Part shown: in pieces, positions 17,219 through 27,707 of the stretch
How the letters are laid out: each line of letters begins with the position of its first letter
How positions within the stretch are numbered: position 1 is the first letter of the stretch
From: an uncultured Desulfurellales bacterium
Lineage (GTDB): Bacteria; Campylobacterota_A; Desulfurellia; Desulfurellales; CAZERD01
Reading direction: 5' to 3'
NCBI GenBank assembly: GCA_964515405.1
Contig: CAZERD010000003.1
Location: 1-63,376 of the forward strand
DNA: 63,376 nt
Notes under the pieces: model-generated
Seen by the model: the letters and a program-made list of their open reading frames with translations, nothing else
Database searches by the model: none
What the model was told of the DNA's origin: nothing
Program-made: the position numbers and the translations under genes

Positions 17219-18043
17219 TTACACTCCCAGAATCCTTTTTATCTCGTCCGTTTCTGGCACGTTTTTGGGAATAGACACACTAGCCTTAGCGTACAGATCT
17301 CCTCCTCCAATGCCCTTACCCTTTATCCTGAATATTTGGTTGCACTGGGTACCCCTCGGAATCCTTATAGTTATCTCACCATCCGGAGTTTTAACCCTCG
17401 CTGTTCCTCCAAAAAGGGCAACTCCCAACGGCACGGTAAAATCTGTATAGAGCTTATCGTCTTTCACATAAAAGTCTTTGCTTGGGGTTACATTAACCAC
17501 TATGTATAAATCTCCTCGTCCCCCGAGTCCTTTTTGCCCTTTCCCTCTCACACGCAACTTCGTTCCGTCCCTAACACCCGGAGGTATCTTTACCTGCACC
17601 TTCTCATTGCCTATGTTAAGAGTCACAACCCTCCCTTTTATGGCATCGTTAAAATCCAGCGTCAGATTGTAATAGACATCAGCACCAGGAGGATAACCAG
17701 TGGAAAACCCAAAATCACTTCCTGCTGTCCTTCTCCCAAAAAACTCTTCAAATATTCTCCCTATATCAAAATCTCCAAACGAGCCGGAGGAAAAGTCGTA
17801 CTGTTGGTATCCCCCTGCACCATCCCCAAATCCAGCAAACCCAAATTTATCATACTTTTCTTTTTTTTCCCTGTCCGACAGTATGGAATAAGCTTCGTTT
17901 ATTTCCTTAAACTTCTTCTCCGCTTCTTTGTTATTGGGGTTGAGATCCGGATGATATTTTCTCGCCAACTTTCTATAAGCCTTTTTTATCTCCTCTTCTG
18001 TCGCGTCTCTGGAAACTCCCAGTACTTCATAAGGGTCTCTCAT
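17219..18043 (-). CDS. cbpA: J-domain co-chaperone, CbpA-like (type II, no zinc finger)
   Basis: [35 protein letters not shown] domain, a G/F-rich linker, DnaJ C-terminal domains, and no CxxCxGxG repeats. Start set at ATG 18043 with a GAGGGGTGAG Shine-Dalgarno. Confidence 0.8.
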   Translation of the reverse strand: MRDPYEVLGVSRDATEEEIKKAYRKLARKYHPDLNPNNKEAEKKFKEINEAYSILSDREKKEKYDKFGFAGFGDGAGGYQQYDFSSGSFGDFDIGRIFEEFFGRRTAGSDFGFSTGYPPGADVYYNLTLDFNDAIKGRVVTLNIGNEKVQVKIPPGVRDGTKLRVRGKGQKGLGGRGDLYIVVNVTPSKDFYVKDDKLYTDFTVPLGVALFGGTARVKTPDGEITIRIPRGTQCNQIFRIKGKGIGGGDLYAKASVSIPKNVPETDEIKRILGV

Positions 18044-18071
18044 GCTCTCACCCCTCTTTCTTTTTTTAAAG

Positions 18072-18099
18072 ATTATAAGATTTATAATTATATTGTCAA
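18072..18099 (-). promoter_or_regulatory. Near-consensus sigma70 promoter for cbpA-hspR
   Basis: On the minus strand: TTGACA (18099-18094), a 16-nt spacer, TATAAT (18077-18072). Confidence 0.6.
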
Positions 18100-18164
18100 G
18101 TTTGAAATGCTTTATCAAAAGCAAAAACTAAGAGTAAACACAATTTTTGCTCCAAACTTGACAA
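18093..18164. promoter_or_regulatory. Perfect 12-bp inverted repeat (TTGTCAAGTTTG / CAAACTTGACAA) spanning both -35 boxes, plus an inner 7-bp inverted repeat. Candidate HspR operator region.
   Basis: 18093-18104 and 18153-18164 are exact reverse complements. GCAAAAA at 18121-18127 pairs with TTTTTGC at 18144-18150. Confidence 0.45.
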
Positions 18165-18185
18165 ATTTACTATTAGGTTTATAAT
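18158..18185 (+). promoter_or_regulatory. Near-consensus sigma70 promoter for hsp20-clpB
   Basis: TTGACA at 18158-18163, a 16-nt spacer, TATAAT at 18180-18185. Confidence 0.6.
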
Positions 18186-18226
18186 ACTCAATGGAAAAAA
18201 TAAAAAACCAAAGGGAGGTGAAAGCC

Positions 18227-18664
18227 ATGCTGAAACCATTTGATCCATTCAGGGAGCTAACGACACTACAGGAGAAGCTTAATCAGGTATTTGATGACTT
18301 CCTGCCCAATCTGAGGAGTGGAAAAGATTCAGGTGAGTGGATTCCAGCGGTAGACATCTATGAAACACCAGATTCTGTGGAGCTGGAATTCGAAATACCA
18401 GGCATAACAGAAAAAGACATTAAAATAAGGGTTGAAGACAACACACTCACCGTCTCTGGAGAAAGAATGTTTGAAAAGAAAGATGAAAAACACAACTACT
18501 ACAGGGTTGAAAGAAGTTATGGTAGCTTTGCAAGAAGCTTCCTGTTACCAAATAATGTTGACCCGGACAAGATAAAGGCAACATACAAGGATGGAGTGCT
18601 GAAAATAAGCATCCCAAAGAAGCCAGAATCCAAACCAAAGGAGATAGCAATATCCAAAGATTGA
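18227..18664 (+). CDS. Small heat-shock protein (Hsp20 / alpha-crystallin family)
   Basis: Alpha-crystallin domain (PAVDIYETPDSVELEFEIPG, GVLKISIPK). Start set at ATG 18227 behind AGGGAGGTGA. The ORF-track start 18191 would lie at the predicted TSS. Confidence 0.85.
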   Translation: MLKPFDPFRELTTLQEKLNQVFDDFLPNLRSGKDSGEWIPAVDIYETPDSVELEFEIPGITEKDIKIRVEDNTLTVSGERMFEKKDEKHNYYRVERSYGSFARSFLLPNNVDPDKIKATYKDGVLKISIPKKPESKPKEIAISKD

Positions 18665-18675
18665 TAAAAGTGCAG

Positions 18676-18702
18676 AGGGGCGGTAAGCCCCTTTGTTCTT
18701 TT
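18676..18702 (+). terminator. Intrinsic terminator/attenuator hairpin between hsp20 and clpB
   Basis: AGGGGC-GGTAA-GCCCCT stem-loop (18676-18692) followed by TTGTTCTTTT. Confidence 0.5.
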
Positions 18703-18726
18703 ACCAACAGAAAAGGAGGTTAGAAT

Positions 18727-21336
18727 ATGGATATAAACAAGCTAACAATAAAGTCCCAAGAAGCTATACAAAATGCAAAGGCAATAACAGACGAAAACAA
18801 GCACCAGGAAATATCAAGTCTCCACTTTCTGAAAGCCATCATTCAAGATAAAGACTCAGTAGCCGTATCATTATTCAACAAACTTGGAGTCAACCCAGAT
18901 ACCATAAACGCAGCTATAGACTCAGAACTAAAAAAGATACCCCAGGTGGAGACAACCAGCTCCACTGCAACACAGATATACATAACAAAAGAGCTGGACG
19001 AAGTGTTCAAAAGAGCAGAAAAAGAAGCCCAAAAAATGGGCGATGAATATATAAGCATAGAGCACTTTCTCATAGGGATGATGGAAGACTGTCAAGCAGC
19101 TGGTATACTGAAGAACCTGGGAGTAAAGAAGGATGATTTACTGAAAGCACTATACGAAATAAGGGGATCTCAGAGAATAACTGACCAGAACCCTGAAGAT
19201 AAGTATGAAGCTTTAAAAAAATATGGTAAGGATATAACAGAACTCGCAGAAAAGGGAAAATTAGATCCCGTTATAGGAAGAGATGAAGAAATAAGAAGAA
19301 CCATACAAATCCTCTCAAGAAGAACGAAAAACAACCCAGTACTCATAGGAGAACCCGGTGTAGGCAAAACAGCGATAGTAGAAGGTCTGGCTCAGAGAAT
19401 AGCAACTAAAGATGTTCCGGAATCCCTAAAGAATAAAAGAATAATAGCCTTAGATCTGGGCTCACTGATAGCTGGAGCCAAATTCAGAGGAGAATTTGAA
19501 GATAGACTTAAAGCAGTACTCAACGAGGTAAAAAGAGCTGAAGGAAAGATCATACTGTTTATAGATGAGTTACATACCCTGGTCGGAGCTGGAGCGGCTG
19601 AAGGTTCTGTAGATGCATCCAACATGCTAAAACCGATGCTTGCCAGGGGAGAACTAAGATGTATAGGAGCAACAACCCTGAAAGAGTACAGAAAATACAT
19701 AGAGAAGGATGCAGCCCTCCAGAGAAGATTCCAACCAGTATACGTCAAGGAACCGTCCGTTGAGGATACCATCTCTATCCTCAGGGGACTTAAGGAAAAG
19801 TATGAGCTACACCACGGAGTCAAGATAAGGGACTCTGCCATAATCGCAGCGGCAACACTATCACACAGATACATAACGGATAGATTCCTACCAGATAAGG
19901 CAATAGACCTTATAGATGAAGCTGCTGCAAGCCTAAAAATGAGACTGGAGAGTGGGATTGATCTTGCTGACGATTTGCAGAGAAAAATAGCCCAACTTGA
20001 AGTGGAGAAACAGGCCTTGAAAAAAGAAAAGGATGAAGACTCTAGAAAAAGGCTTGAAGGAATAGAAAAAGAATTAGCCAACCTCAAAGAACAACTTAAT
20101 GAAATTACAGCAAAATGGCAACGAGAAAAGGAAATCCTATCTCGAATAAATGAGACAAAGGAACAGATAGATAGAGTAAAAACAAATATGGAAATCGCAG
20201 AAAGAAATGGAGACTTTGAGAAAGCAAGCATTCTCAAATACGGAGAATTACCCAAACTGCAAAAAGAGTTAGAAGAATACAACAAAAAGTTGGAAACCCT
20301 GGGAGAGAGGATGCTTAGGGAAGAGGTAACGGAGGACGATATAGCTCAGATAGTCTCCAAATGGACAGGTATACCCGTCTCCAAGATGCTAGAGAGTGAA
20401 AGGGAAAAAATTCTCAAAATCAAGGAAAAACTCAGAGAACGCGTTGTAGGTCAGGACAGGGCTATAGAAGCTGTTGGCAACGCTATTCTTAGATCAAGAG
20501 CAGGATTATCTGATCCCAACAGACCTATAGCATCATTCATTTTCCTCGGACCAACAGGTGTTGGAAAAACAGAACTCTCAAAGGCTTTAGCAGAATTTCT
20601 CTTTGATAATGAACGCGCAATGGTACGCATAGACATGAGTGAGTATATGGAAAAATTTTCCGTATCAAGATTGATAGGAGCACCACCAGGATACGTCGGC
20701 TACGAGGAAGGCGGCCAGCTAACAGAGGCTGTCAGAAGAAGACCATACTCTGTGGTTCTCCTCGACGAAATAGAGAAGGCCCATCCCGATGTGTTCAACA
20801 TCTTGCTCCAAGTGCTGGATGAAGGCAGATTAACAGATTCCAAAGGTGTAACGGTAGACTTCAGAAACACTATCATCATCATGACATCAAATCTCGGCAG
20901 TCAATATCTAACCCAAATAACGGTTGACCCCGACAATCCCGAGTTTGAGAACAGATTCAACGAAGCCAAAAAGTTAGTCGAAACTGAGGTACACAGAACC
21001 TTTAAGCCGGAATTCCTCAACAGAGTAGATGAAATTATTATATTCAATCCTCTCGGCAAAAAACAAATAAGGGAAATAGTAAAGCTCCTACTGAACAAAA
21101 CCAAACAAAAAGTACAGGACAAAGGATTTGACATAGAGTTCTCCGAAGCGTTAATAGACACCATAGCAAACGAGGGATTTGATCCCGTATTTGGCGCAAG
21201 ACCATTGAGAAGGTACATCCAGAACAACGTTGAAAATAAACTTGCAGAAGCCATTCTCAAGGGCTTATTCACAAAGGGAGACACCATAAAAGCCGATGTA
21301 CAGAACGGAGAAATAGTATTTCTCAAAAAAAGTTAA
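18727..21336 (+). CDS. clpB: ATP-dependent disaggregase ClpB
   Basis: 869 aa. Clp N-domain, two AAA+ modules ([18 protein letters not shown]), a long coiled-coil middle domain. AAAGGAGG Shine-Dalgarno. Confidence 0.95.
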   Translation: MDINKLTIKSQEAIQNAKAITDENKHQEISSLHFLKAIIQDKDSVAVSLFNKLGVNPDTINAAIDSELKKIPQVETTSSTATQIYITKELDEVFKRAEKEAQKMGDEYISIEHFLIGMMEDCQAAGILKNLGVKKDDLLKALYEIRGSQRITDQNPEDKYEALKKYGKDITELAEKGKLDPVIGRDEEIRRTIQILSRRTKNNPVLIGEPGVGKTAIVEGLAQRIATKDVPESLKNKRIIALDLGSLIAGAKFRGEFEDRLKAVLNEVKRAEGKIILFIDELHTLVGAGAAEGSVDASNMLKPMLARGELRCIGATTLKEYRKYIEKDAALQRRFQPVYVKEPSVEDTISILRGLKEKYELHHGVKIRDSAIIAAATLSHRYITDRFLPDKAIDLIDEAAASLKMRLESGIDLADDLQRKIAQLEVEKQALKKEKDEDSRKRLEGIEKELANLKEQLNEITAKWQREKEILSRINETKEQIDRVKTNMEIAERNGDFEKASILKYGELPKLQKELEEYNKKLETLGERMLREEVTEDDIAQIVSKWTGIPVSKMLESEREKILKIKEKLRERVVGQDRAIEAVGNAILRSRAGLSDPNRPIASFIFLGPTGVGKTELSKALAEFLFDNERAMVRIDMSEYMEKFSVSRLIGAPPGYVGYEEGGQLTEAVRRRPYSVVLLDEIEKAHPDVFNILLQVLDEGRLTDSKGVTVDFRNTIIIMTSNLGSQYLTQITVDPDNPEFENRFNEAKKLVETEVHRTFKPEFLNRVDEIIIFNPLGKKQIREIVKLLLNKTKQKVQDKGFDIEFSEALIDTIANEGFDPVFGARPLRRYIQNNVENKLAEAILKGLFTKGDTIKADVQNGEIVFLKKS

Positions 21337-21362
21337 GCCTCAGGCGTTTGTCTGGGGCTTCC

Positions 21363-21995
21363 TTATCCAAGTATCACGCCTCCTCCTACATTTCTGCCAC
21401 AGACACCATCCCTTCTATAGGAAAAGAATCTCCTATCCTCATACGTGCACACACCCACATTCTCTATATTCTTGGGGGGAATTCCACACTCCAGCAACTG
21501 TTTCCTATTTACGCAGGCAAGATCCAGAAACAGGCTATCTCCACTCTTCCTAATGCACTCAGACTGGAAAAGCTCGGCCACCTCTCCACCAACTTCATAA
21601 CAGCCACCACATATATGCGGTCCGAATGAAACAATCATCCCTTCTTTAGAAGCCCCTTCCTCTACAAGCTTAGCCACCGCTTTCTTCACTATCCCCTTGG
21701 CACTCCCACGCCAACCTGCATGAACAGAACAAATAATCCTACTCCCAGTATCAAGAATCACTATAGGCACACAATCCGCTACCTTAACAGCCACAAAAAC
21801 ACCAGGAAGATGCGTATATACACCATCAGCCTCCTGAACCTCAGATGGATGCCACCTCACGACTATATCTGAATGAACCTGCCTGACCAGTGCAACGTGT
21901 GTAACAATAGCTAATTCACCGATTCCACCATATTTGTCAAAGAAAAAACAAGCTGCGCCGTATCTTCTGAATCTCCTGTCCTCAATAAATCCCAT
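21363..21995 (-). CDS. YfiH/PgeF-family (laccase-domain, DUF152) protein, short form
   Basis: Conserved His/Cys/His pattern (QVHSDIVV, VADCVPIV, SVHAGWRG, GPHICGGCYEV). 210 aa. Confidence 0.7.
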   Translation of the reverse strand: MGFIEDRRFRRYGAACFFFDKYGGIGELAIVTHVALVRQVHSDIVVRWHPSEVQEADGVYTHLPGVFVAVKVADCVPIVILDTGSRIICSVHAGWRGSAKGIVKKAVAKLVEEGASKEGMIVSFGPHICGGCYEVGGEVAELFQSECIRKSGDSLFLDLACVNRKQLLECGIPPKNIENVGVCTYEDRRFFSYRRDGVCGRNVGGGVILG

Positions 21996-23255
21996 CTACC
22001 CTATACGATCCTTCCCAAAATAGGGAATAAGAGCCTTTGGTATCCTGACACTCCCATCTTCTTCCTGATAATTTTCAAGGATAGCGACCAGCGTTCTACC
22101 AACTGCAAGCCCAGAACCGTTGAGAGTGTGCGGGAATCTAATCCTACCACTCTCATCCCTATACCTTATGGAAGCTCTTCTCGCCTGAAAATCCAGCGTA
22201 TTTGAACACGACGAAATCTCTCTGAACCTACCCTGCCCCGGCAACCACACTTCTATGTCATACGTTTTAGCGGCAGCAAATCCTATATCACCGCTGGAAA
22301 GTACAACAACCCTGTACGGTAACTCCAGTCTGCGCAGAACACTTTCAGCATGCTCAGTGAGCTCCTCCAACGCCGTAAAGGATAACTCCGGCTCTACAAA
22401 CTGGACAAGTTCAACTTTATTAAACTGATGCTGCCTTATTATCCCCTTAACATCCTTGCCGTAACTACCAGCCTCTTTCCTGAAGCAGGCTGTATATGCC
22501 ACATACTTTATAGGAAGTAAACTACCATCCAATATCTCTTCCCTGTGAAGATTAACCAAAGGCACCTCAGCAGTCGGAATCAAATATTGACCATCTGTTT
22601 CGTACACTTCTTCCCTGAACTTCGGCAGCTGACCGGTACCTACCATCACTTCCTCATTCACGATGTAGGGCGGAATAATTTCCTCATATTCATGCTCTCC
22701 AGTATGAAGATCCAACATAAAGTTTATCAATGCCCTTTCAAGACGAGCTCCATCCCTTTTATAAACCACAAACCTTGAGCCCGACAGCTTCACACCACGT
22801 TCGAAATCAAGTATCCCGAGCCTCTGGGCTATTTCAAAATGTTCCTTAGGTTCAAACCCGAACTCCCTGAGTTCACCCCACCTCCTCACTTCAACGTTAG
22901 AAGAATCATCCTCTCCAATGGGAACCGAATCATCTATAAGGTTTGGAACCACAAGCCACTTGTTAACAAAATCACTCTCAAGTCCCCTAAGCTCACTCTC
23001 AACACTAGGGATCATTTCAGAAATCTTTAAGGCCTCTTCAGAAATACTATCAACGGGTAATCCCTTGGACTTCAATCTGCCTATCTCCTTTGAGAGCTTT
23101 TTTCTCTTGGAAAACAGCGCTTCAAGCTCCAGTTTCTTTTTCCTTATACTCCTATCAAGCTCAACAAGTTCATCGACATCTATATCGCTGAATCTGTCTT
23201 TGAGTTTTTCCTTAAGAAGCTCAGGGTTTTTTCTCAAAATCGCCCTATCCAGCAT
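21996..23255 (-). CDS. serS: Seryl-tRNA synthetase
   Basis: N-terminal coiled-coil arm plus class II core ([29 protein letters not shown]). Confidence 0.95.
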   Translation of the reverse strand: MLDRAILRKNPELLKEKLKDRFSDIDVDELVELDRSIRKKKLELEALFSKRKKLSKEIGRLKSKGLPVDSISEEALKISEMIPSVESELRGLESDFVNKWLVVPNLIDDSVPIGEDDSSNVEVRRWGELREFGFEPKEHFEIAQRLGILDFERGVKLSGSRFVVYKRDGARLERALINFMLDLHTGEHEYEEIIPPYIVNEEVMVGTGQLPKFREEVYETDGQYLIPTAEVPLVNLHREEILDGSLLPIKYVAYTACFRKEAGSYGKDVKGIIRQHQFNKVELVQFVEPELSFTALEELTEHAESVLRRLELPYRVVVLSSGDIGFAAAKTYDIEVWLPGQGRFREISSCSNTLDFQARRASIRYRDESGRIRFPHTLNGSGLAVGRTLVAILENYQEEDGSVRIPKALIPYFGKDRIG

Positions 23256-24117
23256 CTATCACCTCTCTCAAATACTTCTTCAGTTCATCCTTTATTTCCT
23301 CGTCTTTAAGAGCAAACTTCACAGTAGCCTTTATCAGACCCAGCTTGTTCCCACAGTCATATCTTTCAACGTCAAGTATATACCCGTACACAGCTTCTTT
23401 CCTATTCAAAGAGGCTATAGCATCCGTCAATTGGATCTCACCATGTTTTCCACACTCTGTTCTCTCAAGTTCTTCAAACACACGAGGTGTAAGTATGTAC
23501 CTGCCCACTATAGCTAGATTACTCGGGGCTTCTTCCGGTCTCGGTTTCTCCACAAACTTCTCAAGTTTATAAAGCCTCTCATCTATATGTATACCATCAA
23601 CTATACCATATTTATCAACATTCTTAGGCTCAACCTCCTGTAACCCAAGTACGCTACACTGATACATATCAAACACCTCAACCAGTTGAGCAGTGGCAGA
23701 TCTCTCTCCATCCATCACCTCATCTGGGAGTATAACAGCAAACGGCTCATCACCTATAATATCTCTCGCCCTAAGAACAGCATGTCCAAGTCCCCTCGGC
23801 TCCTTCTGTCTTATATAAACAAAATCCGCCATATTGCTTATACCCCTCATCTGCTCAGCAAGCTCCCCCTTACCATGGGTCCTCAAATGGTACTCAAGCT
23901 CAAAGGAAATATCAAAATAATCCTCTATAGCCCTCTTACCACGGCCTGTGACAAACACAATAAGCTCAATCCCCGCCTTTATAGCATCCATAACCCCATA
24001 GTGAATGAGTGGTTTATCCACTACAGGAAGCATCTCCTTAGAAGAACTCTTAGTAGCGGGTAAAAATCTCGTGCCAAGCCCAGCTACTGGGAAAACAGCC
24101 TTTCTAACCCTTTTCAT
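23245..24117 (-). CDS. galU: UTP--glucose-1-phosphate uridylyltransferase
   Basis: [17 protein letters not shown] and VEKP motifs. 290 aa. Confidence 0.9.
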   Translation of the reverse strand: MKRVRKAVFPVAGLGTRFLPATKSSSKEMLPVVDKPLIHYGVMDAIKAGIELIVFVTGRGKRAIEDYFDISFELEYHLRTHGKGELAEQMRGISNMADFVYIRQKEPRGLGHAVLRARDIIGDEPFAVILPDEVMDGERSATAQLVEVFDMYQCSVLGLQEVEPKNVDKYGIVDGIHIDERLYKLEKFVEKPRPEEAPSNLAIVGRYILTPRVFEELERTECGKHGEIQLTDAIASLNRKEAVYGYILDVERYDCGNKLGLIKATVKFALKDEEIKDELKKYLREVIDAG

Positions 24118-25358
24118 ACCCCAACCTCCAAAGCTTCCTTTATCAATTCAATCGTATGTACCGTCTTTATATCGTCACGACCATATCTATGCAAAATCTC
24201 TGAAAGTTGCATCATGCAAGCAGAACACCCCGTAACAAGATAATCAGCTTCGGTTTCAGCTATCCACTCAAATTTCCTGGAACCTATCCTGAGAGAGAGC
24301 TCCCTATAATCCACACTAAATGTTCCACCATTGCCGCAGCATCTATCTGCATTCTTCATTTCTCTGAACCTGCTTATCTTTCTCAAAAAATCCCTGGGTT
24401 CATTCTTTATTCCTTGCGTCCTCTTCAAGTGACAGGGATCGTGATACGTCGTGTTCACATCAAGATTGCCAAGCATCCTTATCAAATTCGTATTCTCATA
24501 CAGAAACTTAACAGGATCTATCATCCTCGCAGCAACCTTCCTCGTCTTCTCCTCAAGCTCTTTATCCTCCAAATACATAGCGAGCTTGGGGTAATCAAAC
24601 TTCATGACACTCAAACACGTCGGTTCCAAAACAATTATGTGCTCAACATCCAAAGAGAGGAACAGTTCCACGTTTTTCCTGGCAAGATACTCAGCATCCT
24701 TGAAATTGCCAGCAAAATAAACAGGTCCTCCACAACACATCTGCTTCTCAGGAACTACAAAGTCAATCCCCAACTCACCCAGAATGTAAACAAAGTCATC
24801 CCCTACCTTCCTATACGAATAATTGATAAGGCAACCAGGAAACAAAGCCACCCTACCCCGCTTCCTCTTGGCATACTTATTGATAAAACTCACCCTATCC
24901 ATAGGAGGAATCAATCTATCCAATAAAGAACCTGGAAGTTCAATTGCCTCTCTGGAGAGCTTCGTACTCTTAAACAACGTAGAAAGCAAAACAGCTCCAC
25001 TGCCCACTATAAAATCCATAAGCTCTCTATTCTTCAACACATGCCCCATAACCCTCTTATAAAGGGGCAACCCATGCCTCTTGGATACATGCAACCTTGC
25101 AATCTCAACAACTGTATCGGTCTCCGCACTGTTGGGGCACGCCTCAACACAGGTGGCACACAACAAACACTTGTAAAGATAATCTTTGGACTTTTCACCG
25201 GAAAAATCAATCTTACCTTTCATAAACTCAGACAAAAGTGCAATGTGCCCACGCGCCACAAAAGGTTCTGCCTTTTCCTCCCGAAACACAGGACACACAT
25301 CCCTGCACAAGCCACACTTTACACATGATTCCCATGCTTCTTTTAATCGCTCATCCAT
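24114..25358 (-). CDS. Fe-S oxidoreductase, GlcF-like (2x[4Fe-4S] plus two CCG domains)
   Basis: CVKCGLCRDVCP and CLLCATCVEACP ferredoxin motifs. C-terminal CCG-type Cys patterns (MCCGGP, RCCGNGG). Start set at ATG 25358, 1 nt after the upstream stop. Confidence 0.75.
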   Translation of the reverse strand: MDERLKEAWESCVKCGLCRDVCPVFREEKAEPFVARGHIALLSEFMKGKIDFSGEKSKDYLYKCLLCATCVEACPNSAETDTVVEIARLHVSKRHGLPLYKRVMGHVLKNRELMDFIVGSGAVLLSTLFKSTKLSREAIELPGSLLDRLIPPMDRVSFINKYAKRKRGRVALFPGCLINYSYRKVGDDFVYILGELGIDFVVPEKQMCCGGPVYFAGNFKDAEYLARKNVELFLSLDVEHIIVLEPTCLSVMKFDYPKLAMYLEDKELEEKTRKVAARMIDPVKFLYENTNLIRMLGNLDVNTTYHDPCHLKRTQGIKNEPRDFLRKISRFREMKNADRCCGNGGTFSVDYRELSLRIGSRKFEWIAETEADYLVTGCSACMMQLSEILHRYGRDDIKTVHTIELIKEALEVGV

Positions 25359-25359
25359 A

Positions 25360-26730
25360 TCACAACCCCATTTTACCCGGATTAAGTATGTTGTGTGGGT
25401 CAAAAGCTCTCTTTATAGCTCTGAACAGCTCAACTGAGCGTGCTCCTACCTGCTTCTCCAGGTAACTAGACTTCGTTATACCCACACCATGTTCCCCCGT
25501 TATACTCCCACCCATGGAGATGCACGCATCAAATACCGCGTCCATAGCCATAACTGCTCTCTCTTTCTCAGCACTATCACCCGTGTGGTACATTATATTA
25601 ACATGTATATTACCATCACCAGCATGGCCGAAATTAACTATGGGAACACCAAAATCTTTTGATATTGAATGTATTTTTTTCACCATCTCGGCAATCTTAG
25701 ATCGAGGGACAACAATATCCTCATTCAGCTTACCATCAGCTATGCTTTTAAGAGTTGGTGATATATATCTCCTCGCCATCCACAGTTCTTCAGCTTCCTC
25801 CTCATCTTGGGCAACCCTAAATTCAACAACTCCAAAATTCTTACACACCTCCTCTATCCTCTCTACCTCACCATCAACAGACGCCCTCTCACCGTCTACT
25901 TCCACTATCAACATGGCATCCGCATCAGGAAGATTAACACCCATCGCATCCCTAACCGACTTTACAGCATACCCATCAATAAACTCTATAGACACAGGTA
26001 CAATCTTAGCTCTGATGATAGCGCTCACAGCCAAAGCAGCATCGCTCATATCACCAAAACACATCCTTAATGTTGCCTTATAGGGAGGCACGGGGTGCAA
26101 TCTAAGTATAGCCTTTGTGACAACACAGAGAGTACCCTCACTACCGACTATCAAGCCAGTCAGATTATATCCTGCAACGTCCTTCATGTTCTTGGAACCA
26201 GTGTTTACTACCGACCCATCCGGCAACACTACCTCAAGACCCACAACCCAATCCTTAGTTACACCATACTTTACAGCCCTTGGACCGCCAGCATTCTCAG
26301 CTATATTGCCCCCTATGGTTGAAAACCTCCAGCTTGACGGATCCGGCGGAAAAAACAAACCCAATGGTTTCAGGGCTTCCTGCAAATCATAGTTAACAAC
26401 CCCCGCTTCCACAACAGCCACAAGATTGTCCTCATCTATTTCCAGTATCCTGTCCATCCTCTCCATGGAAAGACATATGCCACCCTTCACGCTTAGAGCC
26501 CCTCCACTGAACCCACTACCCCAACCACGAGGCACAACAGGAATCCTATACCTACCCGCGAGTTTCATTATAGTCGAAACCTCTTCCGTAGTCTCAGGCA
26601 ACACAACAACACTAGGGGGGAACATCAACTGGGTGGCGTCGTAAGAGTACTGAACCCTATCAAGCTCATCATTCAAACATCTATCATCCAGAAGAGACTT
26701 CAATTCCCTAAAGGCCGAAGACTTAAACAC
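25360..26730 (-). CDS. FAD-linked oxidase, GlcD / D-lactate dehydrogenase-like
   Basis: FAD_binding_4-type N-terminus (VPRGWGSGFSGG) and a C-terminal FAD-oxidase domain (GSITGEHGVG). Confidence 0.8.
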   Translation of the reverse strand: MFKSSAFRELKSLLDDRCLNDELDRVQYSYDATQLMFPPSVVVLPETTEEVSTIMKLAGRYRIPVVPRGWGSGFSGGALSVKGGICLSMERMDRILEIDEDNLVAVVEAGVVNYDLQEALKPLGLFFPPDPSSWRFSTIGGNIAENAGGPRAVKYGVTKDWVVGLEVVLPDGSVVNTGSKNMKDVAGYNLTGLIVGSEGTLCVVTKAILRLHPVPPYKATLRMCFGDMSDAALAVSAIIRAKIVPVSIEFIDGYAVKSVRDAMGVNLPDADAMLIVEVDGERASVDGEVERIEEVCKNFGVVEFRVAQDEEEAEELWMARRYISPTLKSIADGKLNEDIVVPRSKIAEMVKKIHSISKDFGVPIVNFGHAGDGNIHVNIMYHTGDSAEKERAVMAMDAVFDACISMGGSITGEHGVGITKSSYLEKQVGARSVELFRAIKRAFDPHNILNPGKMGL

Positions 26731-26798
26731 ACACCACCCCCTCTGTTTTACTTAAGAAGATACTCACTTTCACTCAATAATCAATATATGCACAAGGG

Positions 26799-26822
26799 AA
26801 AGCCCCTGAGGCCAGAGGCTTT
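26799..26822 (-). terminator. Hairpin immediately after the sucD stop (candidate terminator; no clear U-tract)
   Basis: 10-bp stem with one mismatch (AAAGCCCCTG / CAGAGGCTTT) and a 4-nt loop. Confidence 0.35.
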
Positions 26823-27706
26823 CAGACGTGATAGTATTTCTTTAAAACGTCGTATATGGTTTCACCTATTCGGCCTGGATCCTCTATTGTATATACCCCT
26901 GCACTCCTCAGTGCCTCATATTTTGACTCTGCTGTACCACTTTTGCCCATTATTATAGCACCCGCGTGACCCATCCTCCTACCCGGAGGCGCAGTTCTGC
27001 CAGCTATAAACGCAAAAACAGGTTTCTTAACTTCCCTCTTTATATACTCGGCTGCTATCTCCTCAGCATTGCCGCCTATCTCTCCAACCATCATTATAGC
27101 TTCAGTCTCAGGGTCCTCTTCAAATTTCTCCAGCCAATATATATAATCTGTACCCACTATGGGATCTCCACCCATCCCGACACAGGTGGATTGCCCAAGT
27201 CCCATCCTCGAAATCTGATCAGCCGTTTCATAAAGGAGTGTACCGCTCCTTGTAACTATACCCACACTACCCCTTTTGAATATATGACCCGGCATTATGC
27301 CTATCTTCGCAGCACCGGGTGTAATAATCCCTGGGCAATTAGGACCTATAAGCGTCACTCCCTCCTTTTCAATAACACGTTTCACTTTGACCATATCAAG
27401 CACAGGGATACCTTCAGTAATACACACAATAACTTTAATACCACTACCCACAGCTTCAAGTATGGCATCAGCAGCAAATGGAGGTGGCACAAATATTAGA
27501 CTCACGTTGGGATGGGTCTTGTGTACAGCCTCCTCCACGGTATTAAACACTGGGATACCAGCTACCTCCTGTCCCCCTTTGCCCGGTGTAACACCGCTTA
27601 CAACCTTGGTTCCATACTCCTTACAAGCTTTAGCATGGAAGCTACCTTCTTTACCGGTTATACCTTGTACAACAACCCTACTCGTATTGTACACGCAAAT
27701 AGCCAT
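26822..27706 (-). CDS. sucD: Succinyl-CoA synthetase alpha subunit
   Basis: [16 protein letters not shown]-terminus and the phosphohistidine loop MGHAGAII. Confidence 0.95.
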   Translation of the reverse strand: MAICVYNTSRVVVQGITGKEGSFHAKACKEYGTKVVSGVTPGKGGQEVAGIPVFNTVEEAVHKTHPNVSLIFVPPPFAADAILEAVGSGIKVIVCITEGIPVLDMVKVKRVIEKEGVTLIGPNCPGIITPGAAKIGIMPGHIFKRGSVGIVTRSGTLLYETADQISRMGLGQSTCVGMGGDPIVGTDYIYWLEKFEEDPETEAIMMVGEIGGNAEEIAAEYIKREVKKPVFAFIAGRTAPPGRRMGHAGAIIMGKSGTAESKYEALRSAGVYTIEDPGRIGETIYDVLKKYYHV

Positions 27707-27707
27707 A

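Noticed and set aside
18044-18226. ORF-track N-terminal extensions of cbpA (to 18124) and hsp20 (from 18191)
   Set aside because: The extensions run into the divergent promoter elements and lack ribosome-binding sites. The internal ATGs at 18043 and 18227 have strong Shine-Dalgarno sequences and give canonical N-termini.
21337-21362. Terminator between convergent clpB and the YfiH-family gene
   Set aside because: Only a weak 5-bp stem (AAGCC...GGCTT) with a 16-nt loop. Not convincing.
24207-24926. Other long ORFs opposite well-supported genes: 2943-3524, 3898-4434, 17534-18184, 24207-24926, 25514-26083, 27832-28434, 38697-39347, 46723-47370, 22918-23517
   Set aside because: Each fully overlaps a gene with clear family motifs on the other strand, has no Shine-Dalgarno or start context, and encodes low-complexity sequence.
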